Notes: generated by a model from the sequence alone, not told the origin. Shown: positions 10,098 to 20,864, counted from the stretch's first letter. The stretch: DNA of 64,000 nt from Candidatus Thorarchaeota archaeon (GCA_016840855.1 JAEORO010000060.1:1-64000), one strand, 5' to 3'. Made by a program: numbers and translations.

Positions 10098-10133
10098 CAA
10101 ATTGGGAGTATGTTTGATATTGAAGTATTATTC

Positions 10134-11027
10134 TCACAATACTTCAGGAGCAATTTTCCTGATGAAATCAAGAGACTCTCTTGCTTCATTCATACTCAGT
10201 TCAAAAATGATAGGACCATCAAACTTGTCTTTTACCAACTCCAGTAGAAACTCGCGTAGCAATTTCTCGCCCATTATTCCTCGACCGAGAGCGATGTGAT
10301 CTTCATTAACAACCGTATCGTCATCCTCCTTGGCAGCATCCTGCAGATGAATCTCCACCATTCTATCTTTGTGTGTTTCATAGAAGTCCATGATTGACTC
10401 AGTGCCAGACATCTGTGCCAAAAGGTGTGCCGTGTCGAAACAGATGCCAGTGTCTAAATCGTCAACTACCTCTCGCAGGATATGATAGGGAAAATCCACA
10501 TTCTCAATAGCCAATTTGTGTGGGTTGATTTCTGTTCTACTGACTATATCTTCAACGCTTGCAGCTGCAAACCCAGCCAATAGTTGTCGAATCAAACGAA
10601 TCAGATTTGAATCATAATTTTGGTTTGAGAAGTTAGCAGCCATATCACCTGATGCATGTAAAACATAAACTTCTGGCTCAAGAAGTTTGGCAAGTTCAAT
10701 TGCTTCAATGATACTGTCAACACTACCTTTTCTCACATGTTCGTTGAAAGTAGCCAGTTCTAAGGACCAAAATGGGAGATGTGCAGTATAAGAGAAACCT
10801 AATTCATCCTTTAGGTCTAACAGTTGACTGATTGATTCTGGTGTGATTGAGCTTGGAACTATGTGTTTCGCATCCATTGTGATTTCTATAACTGAGTAGG
10901 AATCTAACATCGCCTCTCTTACAACGTCCGCAACATTAAGACGAGAAAAGTCAGGAACACCATCGACCACTACTTTTTGAGCCACTTCAAGAAATTCTAG
11001 AGCTGTTGTACCAAACTTTAGAGGCAT
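10134..11027 (-). CDS. AP-endonuclease-2/sugar phosphate isomerase TIM-barrel metalloenzyme (CbiR-like)
   Basis: FGTT, YTAHLP, VLH, IEN, FDTAH, EIHLQD and DH metal-ligand pattern. Confidence 0.75.
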   Translation of the reverse strand: MPLKFGTTALEFLEVAQKVVVDGVPDFSRLNVADVVREAMLDSYSVIEITMDAKHIVPSSITPESISQLLDLKDELGFSYTAHLPFWSLELATFNEHVRKGSVDSIIEAIELAKLLEPEVYVLHASGDMAANFSNQNYDSNLIRLIRQLLAGFAAASVEDIVSRTEINPHKLAIENVDFPYHILREVVDDLDTGICFDTAHLLAQMSGTESIMDFYETHKDRMVEIHLQDAAKEDDDTVVNEDHIALGRGIMGEKLLREFLLELVKDKFDGPIIFELSMNEARESLDFIRKIAPEVL

Positions 11028-11132
11028 AAATTAGGCATCTCCATTCTGTTCTCATAGAAATCCTCCCGATAAATGTACCATAGTATGAAAGACATATACG
11101 TTGGTTCTTCATCAAATCTTACAGTGACAACA

Positions 11133-11810
11133 ATGACAATTACCATTCGATACTTAGCACATGCGAGTTTTCAAATCAAAGATGGAAATCAGAATATATA
11201 CATCGACCCTTCTACCAAAAACACAGGTCTCAAGAAAGATGCTTTTCAACCAGCAGATTTGATATTAGTCACTCATGGGCATGAGGATCATTTTGACAAA
11301 GACCTAATCAAGAAGATTCGGAAGCCGGGGAACCCTGTACTTGCTTCAGAGAGTCTAAAGAAAGAGCTGAAAGGAGTAGCAGTGTGGGACATGAGTCCAG
11401 GACAATACATGAAAATGCTGTTCAGCGACGCTCAAATTTGGGCGACTGAGGCCTATAACGTAAAGAGAGTTCGACCAAATGGACAACCATTTCATCCGAA
11501 AGGATTTGGCATGGGATTTATCTTAAAGATTGGAGAGAAGAGAATTTACCATGCCGGTGACACTGATTTGATTCCTGAGATGGAAAAACTGGCAGAGATT
11601 GATTTGGATGTAGCTCTTCTTCCTAGCGGAGATACATACACAATGGATGTCAATGAAGCTGCAGAAGCTGCATTGATTATCAAACCCAAGGTCGCAATCC
11701 CAATGCACCTGAAAGGAGCAGATGCAACAGTCTTCAAAGAAAAGGTGGAGTCCCAATCAAATATCAAAGTAGTCATTCTTGGTGAGGGAGAAGAATATAC
11801 TTTGGAATAG
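11133..11810 (+). CDS. Metallo-beta-lactamase-fold hydrolase
   Basis: HASFQI, THGHEDH, YHAGDT, PMH motifs. Confidence 0.88.
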   Translation: MTITIRYLAHASFQIKDGNQNIYIDPSTKNTGLKKDAFQPADLILVTHGHEDHFDKDLIKKIRKPGNPVLASESLKKELKGVAVWDMSPGQYMKMLFSDAQIWATEAYNVKRVRPNGQPFHPKGFGMGFILKIGEKRIYHAGDTDLIPEMEKLAEIDLDVALLPSGDTYTMDVNEAAEAALIIKPKVAIPMHLKGADATVFKEKVESQSNIKVVILGEGEEYTLE

Positions 11811-11822
11811 AATCGAATAGAA

Positions 11823-11847
11823 GAGCAGGTAGCTTAGCTACCTGTTC
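11823..11847. terminator. Hairpin between convergent genes
   Basis: GAGCAGGTAGC-TTA-GCTACCTGTTC inverted repeat. Confidence 0.45.
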
Positions 11848-11866
11848 ATTCTAAGCGTGTTTGTGT

Positions 11867-12343
11867 TTACATTTTTCGAAGAGCATGAGATTCTATGACG
11901 GGATCCACTTCAAGGACTTCAACCTTGAGCATCTTGTCACCCTGGTGTATACTCTTGACAACATCCATACCTTCCACTGTTTTTCCAAAAACTGTGTGCC
12001 CACCATCTAGATGTTTGGTCTTTTCTCTGGTTAATACTACGAAAAATTGGCTTCCAGCCGTATCTTTTCCAGCGTGCGCCATCGAAAAGGATCCAGGTTC
12101 ATGTCTTTGTCTTGGACCACTGGTTTCACATGGAATGCGATATCCAGGGCCACCAGTCCCATTGCCAATGGGGCAACCTCCTTGAATAACAAACTCTGGG
12201 ATGACTCTGTGAAAGGTAAGACCATCGTAGTATCCACTCTGCGCGAGTGTCACAAAATTCTTGACCGTGTTTATTGCATCATCATTCCATAGTTCCCCAA
12301 TGATGTCCCCACGATTCGTCTGTATCTTTATTCTTGTTGGCAA
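11867..12343 (-). CDS. Cyclophilin-type peptidyl-prolyl isomerase
   Basis: [38 protein letters not shown]. Confidence 0.95.
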   Translation of the reverse strand: MPTRIKIQTNRGDIIGELWNDDAINTVKNFVTLAQSGYYDGLTFHRVIPEFVIQGGCPIGNGTGGPGYRIPCETSGPRQRHEPGSFSMAHAGKDTAGSQFFVVLTREKTKHLDGGHTVFGKTVEGMDVVKSIHQGDKMLKVEVLEVDPVIESHALRKM

Positions 12344-12440
12344 ATTCAGTCGCCTCTCTATCTCGGTCGTCCCAACCTTCTTAGAAGTTCCGGAAGACGC
12401 GATATAATCATGGCGATGCCTATCTGCTTATTAGCAATTC

Positions 12441-13667
12441 TTGAGCTTCTTGCACGAGCAAATGCCTATCGAGAAAAAGTACACTGAAGGAAGGACTACA
12501 TTCCTGAGTGCAGATGTTGAATATTATAGTGGACAAAAGAAACAACCAACTGCAAGTTTGCCTGTGTTCTACAATCCAAGAATGCAACTAAACAGAGACC
12601 TCTCTGTACTATTTCTTCGAGCCTACATGATGAAACATCCTGTTGAATTAATGTGTGAACCATTGACAGGCTCTGGTGTCAGGACTCTAAGATATCTCAA
12701 TGAGTGTCGGGGTGACTTCAAGGCTATACTATGCGATGCCAACCCACTAGCTGCGGAAACAGCACAAAAAAATGTTGAAGCACTTGGATTTAGCAATCGA
12801 GCTGAAGTCGTCCATGGCGATGCCAAACTATTGTTGATGTCAAAATCAAGAGAACAGCGTTTTGATTTTGTTGATATTGATCCATTTGGGACACCTGCTC
12901 CTTACCTCTATGCAGCGGTGCAGTCAATAAATCCAAGAGAGGGCTTACTGGCGATAACTGCAACTGATATGCCAGTTCTATGCGGAGTTCATCCTAAAAT
13001 CGCGCTAAGAAGATATGGAGGGTTCTCTACTCGAACACCATACACTCATGAGATTGCAGTCAGACTTCTCAACGGGTTCATATACAATGTTGCTGGTGCT
13101 TGTGATTGTTCAATAAAGCCCCTTGCAGTATTAAGTACCGATCACTATGTCAGGACTTGGGTAAAGATTGAAGCAAATAGAACTGAGGCTAATCTCCAAG
13201 CGAGAGAAATAGGTACTATCCTATATTGTACAGGATGTATGCATTCGGAGATAAGAGCGCTTTCCATGAAAGTAGAAGATTCAAGTTTTGAGCACCAAAA
13301 GGATGGATGTACTGGACCTATTCGTGTTGCAGGACCTTTGTGGATTGGGGAGTTATTTAGTACCGAATATCTCATGGACACTATAAAGGCACATGAGAAT
13401 GTTGATAGGGAAACCTATCATCGAAGAGTTCCTGATATGCTTGAAAAAATGATGGGGGAGTCTGCTCTAACAAACAGACCATATATTGACATTCATTCAT
13501 TGTGTGATTTATACAATTTAACACCACCAAAAAACCAAATCATTATCGATGGGCTAAAAGAGCAGGGATTTGAAGTTACTAGAACCCATTTCAAACCCAC
13601 AGCAATCAGGACAACTGCTCCAGTGAGTGAAATCACGAGAATCATTATTGAACATACCAAGAGGTGA
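12441..13667 (+). CDS. trm1: tRNA (guanine-26-N2)-dimethyltransferase
   Basis: VFYNPRMQLNRD, DIDPFGTP, TATD, GPLW, THF motifs. Confidence 0.93.
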   Translation: MSFLHEQMPIEKKYTEGRTTFLSADVEYYSGQKKQPTASLPVFYNPRMQLNRDLSVLFLRAYMMKHPVELMCEPLTGSGVRTLRYLNECRGDFKAILCDANPLAAETAQKNVEALGFSNRAEVVHGDAKLLLMSKSREQRFDFVDIDPFGTPAPYLYAAVQSINPREGLLAITATDMPVLCGVHPKIALRRYGGFSTRTPYTHEIAVRLLNGFIYNVAGACDCSIKPLAVLSTDHYVRTWVKIEANRTEANLQAREIGTILYCTGCMHSEIRALSMKVEDSSFEHQKDGCTGPIRVAGPLWIGELFSTEYLMDTIKAHENVDRETYHRRVPDMLEKMMGESALTNRPYIDIHSLCDLYNLTPPKNQIIIDGLKEQGFEVTRTHFKPTAIRTTAPVSEITRIIIEHTKR

Positions 13668-13674
13668 CTATACG

Positions 13675-14301
13675 ATGGGACGACCACGAGGTGGGCAGAG
13701 AGAGCGAAAGAAAGAGCATTATTATAAAGCAGCTAAAAGGGAGGGGTATCGGAGTAGGTCTGCATACAAATTGAAGCAGATTGCCAAGAGCCACAAGCTC
13801 CTTCTGGGAGTCGATCGAGTGGTTGAACTCTGCTGCAGTCCAGGAGGGTGGACACAGGTTCTAAAGGAGCTCGATGCTAGTCTTCAGATTGTGGCTGTGG
13901 ATTTAGATATGATGTCACCATTAGAAGAAGTCAAGTTCATTCAGGGGGATATTCTTGATGAAAATGTAATAGAGAGGATAAAGCTACTCACAGGAGGTAG
14001 TGTTGACTTAGTTATTTCAGATTGCTCACCAAAAGTGAGTGGACATTGGGACTTGGATGTAGCAAGGCAGCTATCACTTGCAGAGGGAACTATCGATATT
14101 GCATTCAAATTACTTGGAAATAGAGGAAAAGTATTAGCTAAAGTATTCCAGGGTCCTGGATTCCAAGAGTTTCATCAGTCAGTCAAAAACAGATTCAACT
14201 CTGTGAAACTGGTCAAACCAGACGCGTCGCGTAGAACTAGTGCTGAAATATATCTTCTTGCAATAGGACCTCGTGGACGAGGCTCGCAAAATAGTTCCTA
14301 G
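13675..14301 (+). CDS. rlmE: 23S rRNA Um2552 2'-O-methyltransferase (RlmE/FtsJ)
   Basis: YRSRSAYKL, SPGGWTQV, KVFQG, ASR..SAEIY; SD GAGGTGA. Confidence 0.93.
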   Translation: MGRPRGGQRERKKEHYYKAAKREGYRSRSAYKLKQIAKSHKLLLGVDRVVELCCSPGGWTQVLKELDASLQIVAVDLDMMSPLEEVKFIQGDILDENVIERIKLLTGGSVDLVISDCSPKVSGHWDLDVARQLSLAEGTIDIAFKLLGNRGKVLAKVFQGPGFQEFHQSVKNRFNSVKLVKPDASRRTSAEIYLLAIGPRGRGSQNSS

Positions 14302-14657
14302 CTAGTCGCTTTGCCCAAGTCGGTGCCTAGCCATTCCTCAAGCTCTCTACATGTGACTGGAGAGTCCGGTTGTCTGATTCCGCATCTGCCAATCTTCAGG
14401 CAATGGAAACACGGGCAACCATTCATATCGGATAGACCACCGGCATCAGCATCCTCAACGACGTGAGTTCTTATGATGTATCTTTCTTTTTCGAGTTCTT
14501 GTTTCTGCATTATTCGTCCCTCAGACATTAATGTGGTGATTATTGGTGCAATCTCTTGAGAGTCGATACCAAGCCTATCCGCGAGTTCCCCGATGAGTAG
14601 ACCATTCTCACCTGCGTCGCGCAGTGCGTTCAGGATCTGGTCGCTATCATCTTTCAT
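14298..14657 (-). CDS. Rpc34/TFE-beta-like winged helix with C-terminal Fe-S Cys cluster
   Basis: N-terminal wHTH; CPCFHC..C......P..C...EEWL C-terminus. Confidence 0.8.
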   Translation of the reverse strand: MKDDSDQILNALRDAGENGLLIGELADRLGIDSQEIAPIITTLMSEGRIMQKQELEKERYIIRTHVVEDADAGGLSDMNGCPCFHCLKIGRCGIRQPDSPVTCRELEEWLGTDLGKATS

Positions 14658-14787
14658 TGAAATGACCTTGAATAGACACGTGGCAACATCAAACGAACTA
14701 CACAAGATGATATTTAATTATCGGAAGCTGCTAACCATTATCGTCAAATGTCGTATTCAATTATGCATAAATGTACACTAGTGTACA

Positions 14788-15033
14788 TCAATTTTTCTTT
14801 AGGTAAAGCATCTGGCCAACCATTTTTGACGTGTCCAATCCAGATCGTGGGCGAACAGAAACATAAGGCTCCTTAACAGGTCCAAAGACATCAATGATTA
14901 CACCAACTTCTTGTGCTTTGCTATCAAGCACGACAGAGCGAGACCCCACGGATGGTGTTTTATCTGTACGTAGAATTATCGATCCACGCTTAGAAATATG
15001 AAGAACTTTTCCCAAACGCCTCAATAGACACAC
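14788..15033 (-). CDS. gar1: H/ACA RNP protein Gar1
   Basis: LGKVLH, VG.IIDVFGPVKEPY motif. Confidence 0.9.
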   Translation of the reverse strand: MCLLRRLGKVLHISKRGSIILRTDKTPSVGSRSVVLDSKAQEVGVIIDVFGPVKEPYVSVRPRSGLDTSKMVGQMLYLKKN

Positions 15034-15047
15034 CTACTCAACCAGGA

Positions 15048-15404
15048 TTATTTTCTGCGTTTCTTCTTTCCCTTTTTCTTCTTTTCAGCAAGAGTCCGAG
15101 CTGATTCTCGTTGAGCTACAGCTCTTCTAACACCTTTCGCGAGCATGAGTAACACTCGCTTTTTCTTATGCTTCTCAGGATTTTCTACAAGCATATAGCC
15201 ATTATATTCTGTAAAACCACGAGGGTATTCTTTGTTGGATTCGCTCTCATACTCAAAACCTGACGACTCAGCAGCTGCCTCTAGGATTTTCAAGGTGACA
15301 TTTGAAGCAGCCAAATTACTTGATACTCTACGACCTTGCATCCTTGTGAGATTCTTTTCGAAATATGCAGGCCAAATAATCAGCTTCCCATCGTGTTTTC
15401 TCAT
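15048..15404 (-). CDS. srp19: Signal recognition particle protein SRP19
   Basis: IIWPAYF..NLTR.QGRRV and K.YPR motifs. Confidence 0.9.
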   Translation of the reverse strand: MRKHDGKLIIWPAYFEKNLTRMQGRRVSSNLAASNVTLKILEAAAESSGFEYESESNKEYPRGFTEYNGYMLVENPEKHKKKRVLLMLAKGVRRAVAQRESARTLAEKKKKGKKKRRK

Positions 15405-15562
15405 TCTAAGATGCTTCCAAGTTCTTTTCATTCTCTCAAGTTCTGATGCTCTTTTTACCTTTCGCATCTGAGGATTGATATTGAAAACATTCTCGAGAAA
15501 TGATGAACTTGATAAGTCAGTAAGCTAGCCACCTAACAACTGAACCAGAGGATGAAACATAC

Positions 15563-16036
15563 TTGACCAGAAAGAGCAAGGATATTTACTTTGCAGAGAT
15601 TGCAGATTTGGTTTCTTCACGAAGTACATGCTTGAGAAATCAAGTTGGAGCAGTTATCGTTAAAGATTCCCAAATTCTTAGCACAGGATATAATGGTGCT
15701 CCTAAAAAAATTCCACATTGTGAAGATATAGGATGCCTTAGAGAGGATCTTGGTGTAAAGCCTGGAGAACGTCATGAGTTGTGTAGGGGCTTGCATGCTG
15801 AACAGAATGCCATCATTCAGGCAGCATTTCACGGAGTAAGTGTAAGTAATGCTAAGATTTACTGCACAACACGGCCTTGCAGCATCTGTACGAAGATGCT
15901 CATCAATGCAGGAATTCATGAGATTATCTACATCGAGGAATATGAGGATGAACTAGCTGCACAACTTGTGAAAGAAGCAGGTCTTAGTCTACGTCGTGTT
16001 GAAGTTCCTAGAAAGTATGGTAGGAATTCAAAATAG
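15563..16036 (+). CDS. dCMP deaminase family protein
   Basis: RSTCLR..VGAVIV, GYNG, HAEQNA, PC..C. Confidence 0.92.
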   Translation: MTRKSKDIYFAEIADLVSSRSTCLRNQVGAVIVKDSQILSTGYNGAPKKIPHCEDIGCLREDLGVKPGERHELCRGLHAEQNAIIQAAFHGVSVSNAKIYCTTRPCSICTKMLINAGIHEIIYIEEYEDELAAQLVKEAGLSLRRVEVPRKYGRNSK

Positions 16037-16112
16037 CTATATCCGTGAGGCGCTCATCTGGAAAGGTTAAAGAAGAAGATTGGTTTGTTCCAGCTTGAGT
16101 GGGTGTCGTCAT

Positions 16113-17027
16113 ATGGGAGAACTTCAGAATCTGATTAGTATCCATGACTTGGATAGGAAGATGATAGACCATATCCTTGACACTGCAGCAGAAATGGAGT
16201 CAGTTGCAGTGAATCGAAGTAAGATTCTAGACTCAAAAATCATGGCGGTCTTATTCTTCGAACCTTCTACACGTACGCGCCTCTCTTTTGAGAGTGCGAT
16301 GCTTAGACTTGGTGGAAGTGTTATTGGTTTTGCAGAAGCAGGGGTGTCAAGTGCAGGCGGAAAAGGGGAAACTCTTGCTGATACAATACGAACTGTTGAA
16401 AGATACGCGGATATTATTGTTATTCGCCATCCATTGGATGGATCTGCAAGAGTGTCTGCTGAGTTTTCTAAGATTCCTGTAATAAACGCTGGTAGTGGTT
16501 CTGAAGAGCATCCAACTCAAGCTTTGCTCGATCTTTATTCGATTCGTAAAATGAAGGGGAAAATCGACGGTCTCTCTATATCCCTCTGTGGAGACCTCAA
16601 GTATGGTCGGACAGTTCATTCTCTGGGAATGGCGCTTAGTCATTATGATGTCAAAATCAAACTTGCTGCACCTCAAGCACTCAGAATGAAGCCAGCTATT
16701 ATTGAACAGATGAAAAAATCTGGAGCTGATGTCGTAGAAGTGGAAACTGTCGAAGAGGCTGTGAAAGATGTAGATGTGATATATACAACACGTATACAGA
16801 AGGAACGTTTTCCTGATGTTCGAGAATATGATAAAGTAAAAGACAGATTCCGAATTACAGTAGATGATTTGAACTTAATGAGGGAAGACACGATAATATT
16901 GCATCCTCTACCAAGAGTGGATGAACTTGACCCCGAAATTGATAATACGCCTCATGCAAAATACTTCGACCAAGTATACAATGGAGTAATCCTGAGGATG
17001 GCTGTGTTAAAGCTGATTCTTGGTTAA
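16113..17027 (+). CDS. pyrB: Aspartate carbamoyltransferase catalytic subunit
   Basis: FFEPSTRT, HPTQALLD, GDLKYGRTVHS, HPLPR. Confidence 0.97.
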   Translation: MGELQNLISIHDLDRKMIDHILDTAAEMESVAVNRSKILDSKIMAVLFFEPSTRTRLSFESAMLRLGGSVIGFAEAGVSSAGGKGETLADTIRTVERYADIIVIRHPLDGSARVSAEFSKIPVINAGSGSEEHPTQALLDLYSIRKMKGKIDGLSISLCGDLKYGRTVHSLGMALSHYDVKIKLAAPQALRMKPAIIEQMKKSGADVVEVETVEEAVKDVDVIYTTRIQKERFPDVREYDKVKDRFRITVDDLNLMREDTIILHPLPRVDELDPEIDNTPHAKYFDQVYNGVILRMAVLKLILG

Positions 17028-17749
17028 GTTGGTTCTATCGCTCTTAAATCACGTGTCAGGGTTTCAATAGACCCAGCTTTGCTCACAGCTAATGGGATAC
17101 GCATTTGTTCAGAAAGATCCAGAGCCAGTCTATCAACTTCGGAAACACCATGAAGGATAACAAGTGATGGTTTGAACTCTTGTGACTTGATAGCAATCAT
17201 CGGGGCTCTGCCCGTATTTACATTGGTGAATAACAGACACCTCTCTGTTGTAGCACCGAAAAGTTTCAGGAATGCATCGCTGCTTAGCTCTTTCACAGCT
17301 CGTTCTACGTCGACCAGAGTATAGCCATAGAGCTCTCTGTCAAGAAGCTTTTCTCCTGCCTTTACAACACATTTTAGACGCTGACAGAACTCTTTTGCTG
17401 TGATAGGGGAAGAAAAGTCACTCATTGCTAACACAATATTGAGGTCAACAAGACTAACATCCATAAGTCGAACAAATGCAGCAACAACCTGACCTCCATT
17501 TCGTTCATCTAGTGTTAGCAAAGCCATGACAAAACGTTGTATTGTTGAAGTACCTGGAGATTTTCTTCGTCCAGACTCATAATCACTAATCACGCTTGGA
17601 CTGATGCCAAGATAGTCCGCAAGAAGGATCTGTGGTAATCTAAATCGCTCTCTCCAGATTCGCATGGTCTGTCCTGGATGTTCTGATAAAGTAATCTCAC
17701 CAGCAATGCGACGAGCAAGACGCTCCCGGACAGACGACTGATACGACAT
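17024..17749 (-). CDS. Conserved archaeal HTH transcriptional regulator (COG1709-like)
   Basis: IAGEITLS, SPSVISDYESGRRKSPG, TGRAPMIAI. Confidence 0.88.
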   Translation of the reverse strand: MSYQSSVRERLARRIAGEITLSEHPGQTMRIWRERFRLPQILLADYLGISPSVISDYESGRRKSPGTSTIQRFVMALLTLDERNGGQVVAAFVRLMDVSLVDLNIVLAMSDFSSPITAKEFCQRLKCVVKAGEKLLDRELYGYTLVDVERAVKELSSDAFLKLFGATTERCLLFTNVNTGRAPMIAIKSQEFKPSLVILHGVSEVDRLALDLSEQMRIPLAVSKAGSIETLTRDLRAIEPT

Positions 17750-17856
17750 TGAACGAAGTTTCTAGTGTTTTGAACATAAGGATTTCGACTATTGACGATG
17801 TAATAATCCCTTAATAAATAGAAACAGGTTACAAACATGGAAAGAAGAAGAATTAG

Positions 17857-17963
17857 TGGTGGGCCGGCCCGGATTTGAACCGGGGATCCCTTGGAGTCTT
17901 GCTAACGGACATCAGTCCGTATGACCCAAACCAAGAATCATAGCCAAGCTAGACCACCGACCC
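17857..17963 (-). tRNA. tRNA-Pro(UGG) with 29-nt intron at 37/38 (17896-17924)
   Basis: CTTGG-TT-TGG-G[intron]T-CCAAG, CCCGG-TTCAAAT-CCGGG, encoded CCA; BHB-like helix TTTG/CAAG. Confidence 0.92.
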
Positions 17964-18011
17964 TTTCGGTGGTGTCAGCACCAAGTTACGGTTATAAGAA
18001 TAGCGTTGGCA

Positions 18012-19706
18012 TCATTTAGAAATCTCGAAAATTACGCCTTGGTAAGGTTCAAGGAAGAGAGTAGTATCTTTGATTGAAGATGTGTCAGCTATGGTGGAGA
18101 ATAGAAGCCTTGATTTTGGAACTATTTCTCTAATCGGCACTAGTTTTTTTGAGGGATTCAGCCAGATTTGGACTACCTGTTTTTTGAGTATCCTCTGATA
18201 CGAGAGAAGATTTCCAAAGAGGAAGGACGGTAATAGATGGAATGAGCCAGAATGAAGAGCAGGTGTGGTCTTGCGGAGTTGCAGAAGTGATTTGTAACAG
18301 CTCAAGAGAGAAGTGGAATCAGACTCTTCAAAGTCAACGTTGAGTGTTTCATGCCCTGGACTAATAGGTAGCCATGATTTCACTTCCTCTGAGCAAAAGC
18401 CAGCATTAGGGGAAGAGTTCCATTGCATTGGAGTCCTGCAGTTATCACGATTGAGCGAAATAGAGCCACTTCTTGTGATTAGGTTGACGAGAAACTGAGG
18501 AAGCCAGCTGTATTTTTGGCCAACAGGGTCTAGTGCAGTCTTCAGGGGAAGTCTGTGATTTGACATTCCAATCTCTTCACCATAATAGATGAAAGGGACC
18601 CCTCTTGCTGTTAACTGTAACATCGCATTGAGCTTGGCTTTATCTTGATTGTTTCCTAGTTTGGTGATTCTTCGCACCTGGTCATGATTTGAGAACACCC
18701 AGGTAGGAGTGTAAGGTTCAGGGAAGACCTGTTCATACCTACTGATTAGTCTTCGAAGTTGCTCAGAATCAAGTTTCACATCAAGTGACTGAAATTGGAA
18801 TGTCATGTTAAGACCATCAGTTTCATCTTCGTTCCTAATGTCACCACAATACTTTTTGAGCACTTCAAGCGAGGCTGTTATCTCTCCGACTAGAAATCGT
18901 TCAGGGTCTGAGTATTCATCTATCACATTCTTGAGTTCCTTCACGAAATCAAAATTGTCAGGATGATTAGTCGTATAGATTTTATTTTGGAAAAAGCTCT
19001 TGTCATCGCTCTCTGATGGAAACATCTTCAAGGCAAAAGGATTGTTTCGTAGGGCGGCATCTTCAAACATGGTATTGATTATGTCCAAACGAAAACCATC
19101 TACTCCTTTGTCAAGCCAGAAGCGAACTGTATCAAACATCTCTTGTTTCACTTCAGGATTACGATAGTTGAGGTCTGGTTGAAAGGGGAGAAACTGCGCC
19201 CAATACCACTGATCGGTTTGTTTGTCATAGTGCCATCCAGGACCACCTACCATAGCTTTCCAGTTGTTTGGAGGCTTCTTACCGCCTGGCTTTTTTCCAT
19301 CACGCCATATGTACCAGTTCCGTTTTGGATTGTCTTTACTTGATCTTGACTCAAGGAACCATGGATGTTTCTCACTGGTGTGATTGAGAACCAAGTCAAA
19401 AACAACATACATCTCTCGATTGTGAATCTCCTGAATGAGTTTCTCACAATCAGACATTGTCCCATATTCTGGTGCAATATTTCTGAAATCACTGATATCG
19501 TAGCCAAAATCTGCTTGAGGACTTGAAAAGAAAGGTGAGAACCAGATTGTTTCTACGCCTAGATTCTGAAGATAATCTAACTCCGAGATAATACCAAGAA
19601 TATCTCCAACTCCATTTCCAGAAGTGTCCTTGAAGCTTCGCGGATAAATCTGATACACAGTGGATTTTTTCCACCATGGTAAGCTGCTACGATTTGCCTT
19701 TGACAT
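18012..19706 (-). CDS. GH13 alpha-glucosidase/oligo-1,6-glucosidase
   Basis: YQIYPRSF, DLVLNHTS, QPDLN, GFRLD, NHD, YYGEEIGM, RTPMQW. Confidence 0.94.
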   Translation of the reverse strand: MSKANRSSLPWWKKSTVYQIYPRSFKDTSGNGVGDILGIISELDYLQNLGVETIWFSPFFSSPQADFGYDISDFRNIAPEYGTMSDCEKLIQEIHNREMYVVFDLVLNHTSEKHPWFLESRSSKDNPKRNWYIWRDGKKPGGKKPPNNWKAMVGGPGWHYDKQTDQWYWAQFLPFQPDLNYRNPEVKQEMFDTVRFWLDKGVDGFRLDIINTMFEDAALRNNPFALKMFPSESDDKSFFQNKIYTTNHPDNFDFVKELKNVIDEYSDPERFLVGEITASLEVLKKYCGDIRNEDETDGLNMTFQFQSLDVKLDSEQLRRLISRYEQVFPEPYTPTWVFSNHDQVRRITKLGNNQDKAKLNAMLQLTARGVPFIYYGEEIGMSNHRLPLKTALDPVGQKYSWLPQFLVNLITRSGSISLNRDNCRTPMQWNSSPNAGFCSEEVKSWLPISPGHETLNVDFEESDSTSLLSCYKSLLQLRKTTPALHSGSFHLLPSFLFGNLLSYQRILKKQVVQIWLNPSKKLVPIREIVPKSRLLFSTIADTSSIKDTTLFLEPYQGVIFEISK

Positions 19707-19828
19707 AGTGGACACCTTTAGGGACTAAATTGAGACCTCCTCTTTTCTCTTCTCACCTGTATCATCTTTAAGATAAAATCAATTTTTCAGACATAAATAA
19801 GGTCTTAACAGATAGTTGGTATTCGGTT

Positions 19829-20080
19829 ATGAGTGATATGAGTCTGCTTGGACCTGATGATTTCGACTTGGATAGAAAAGGTCGAAAAAAGAAGCTGGCA
19901 AAGGATTTAGCTCCTTCGGTAGCAAAAGAGATTGAGAAATGGCTAGATAGAGAGGACGATCCTGAAGCTTTTAAGAAAGTTTCAGACCTGGTAGGTCCGA
20001 AAGAAGCCGCACGTTTGTTTAGTCGACGCCGACAACACGGACAAAAATCGAAATCTAAAGACCCCCTGCTCGAAGATTGA
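19829..20080 (+). CDS. Small charged hypothetical protein
   Basis: 83 aa ATG ORF directly upstream of the next gene. Confidence 0.6.
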   Translation: MSDMSLLGPDDFDLDRKGRKKKLAKDLAPSVAKEIEKWLDREDDPEAFKKVSDLVGPKEAARLFSRRRQHGQKSKSKDPLLED

Positions 20081-20084
20081 TGAA

Positions 20085-20456
20085 GTGACCAACTTGGCTG
20101 CAGAGACACCTGATCTTGATGAGCACACACGTCAGAGTAATCTCAGGACATCACTGGCTTTTATTCGCACGATTGATGCGGAAAAAAGAACTCATTTGGC
20201 AGAACTTAGAACAGGAATAGGCATCCTGACAATACCGTTGTCTCTTTTGACCATCCTAATCGCTACATCGAATTACTACTCTGTCAGTCATGTTCTAGGG
20301 TTCATCATAGGTCTCATTGTTGGTATAATACTGCTTTTCTTGATTGGAGGGTATCTCGTCGTATCATCCCTTAGAAAGATTCGTTTAGATGACCACCTTC
20401 GATTGAAATGTGATGACCTCTCACATTTAGTTACTGAGTTTAATAGTGAACAATAG
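20085..20456 (+). CDS. DUF202-like two-TM membrane protein
   Basis: RTSLAFIRT...AEKRTHLAELRT repeats followed by two TM helices. Confidence 0.65.
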   Translation: MTNLAAETPDLDEHTRQSNLRTSLAFIRTIDAEKRTHLAELRTGIGILTIPLSLLTILIATSNYYSVSHVLGFIIGLIVGIILLFLIGGYLVVSSLRKIRLDDHLRLKCDDLSHLVTEFNSEQ

Positions 20457-20492
20457 AAAAGGTGAATCCTAAGGTGGGATTCGAGTTCCAAT

Positions 20493-20864
20493 CTAAATAT
20501 TATCCAAATCAGGGTGTTGTTCTACTTGGCTGGTTCGAATGTAGTCTATCACTGCCCAATACCATAGTGCAAAAAGGACGATTATTAGGTAGTATCCAAA
20601 TATGAGAAAAGTTCCACAAATAGCAATCCCGATACCAGTCACAGTTGTTTTAGCCCAGGATTTCTGTCGCCATATTGGTAGGCTTGCACAGAGAGATACT
20701 ATTCCAAACACCATCATGAGGATTCCAAAAAGAGGGTGGAAAGTATATGGGTCTGTTATTGCGAAGTAATATATCTGAAAACCGGTATACACTAGAAATA
20801 GCCCTCCCAGAACCATTAAGATAGTAGCATTTTTGACACCAGAAGGCATTTCAACCTTATTCAA
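20493..20864 (-). CDS. Hypothetical membrane protein
   Basis: 123 aa, 3-4 TM. Confidence 0.6.
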   Translation of the reverse strand: MNKVEMPSGVKNATILMVLGGLFLVYTGFQIYYFAITDPYTFHPLFGILMMVFGIVSLCASLPIWRQKSWAKTTVTGIGIAICGTFLIFGYYLIIVLFALWYWAVIDYIRTSQVEQHPDLDNI

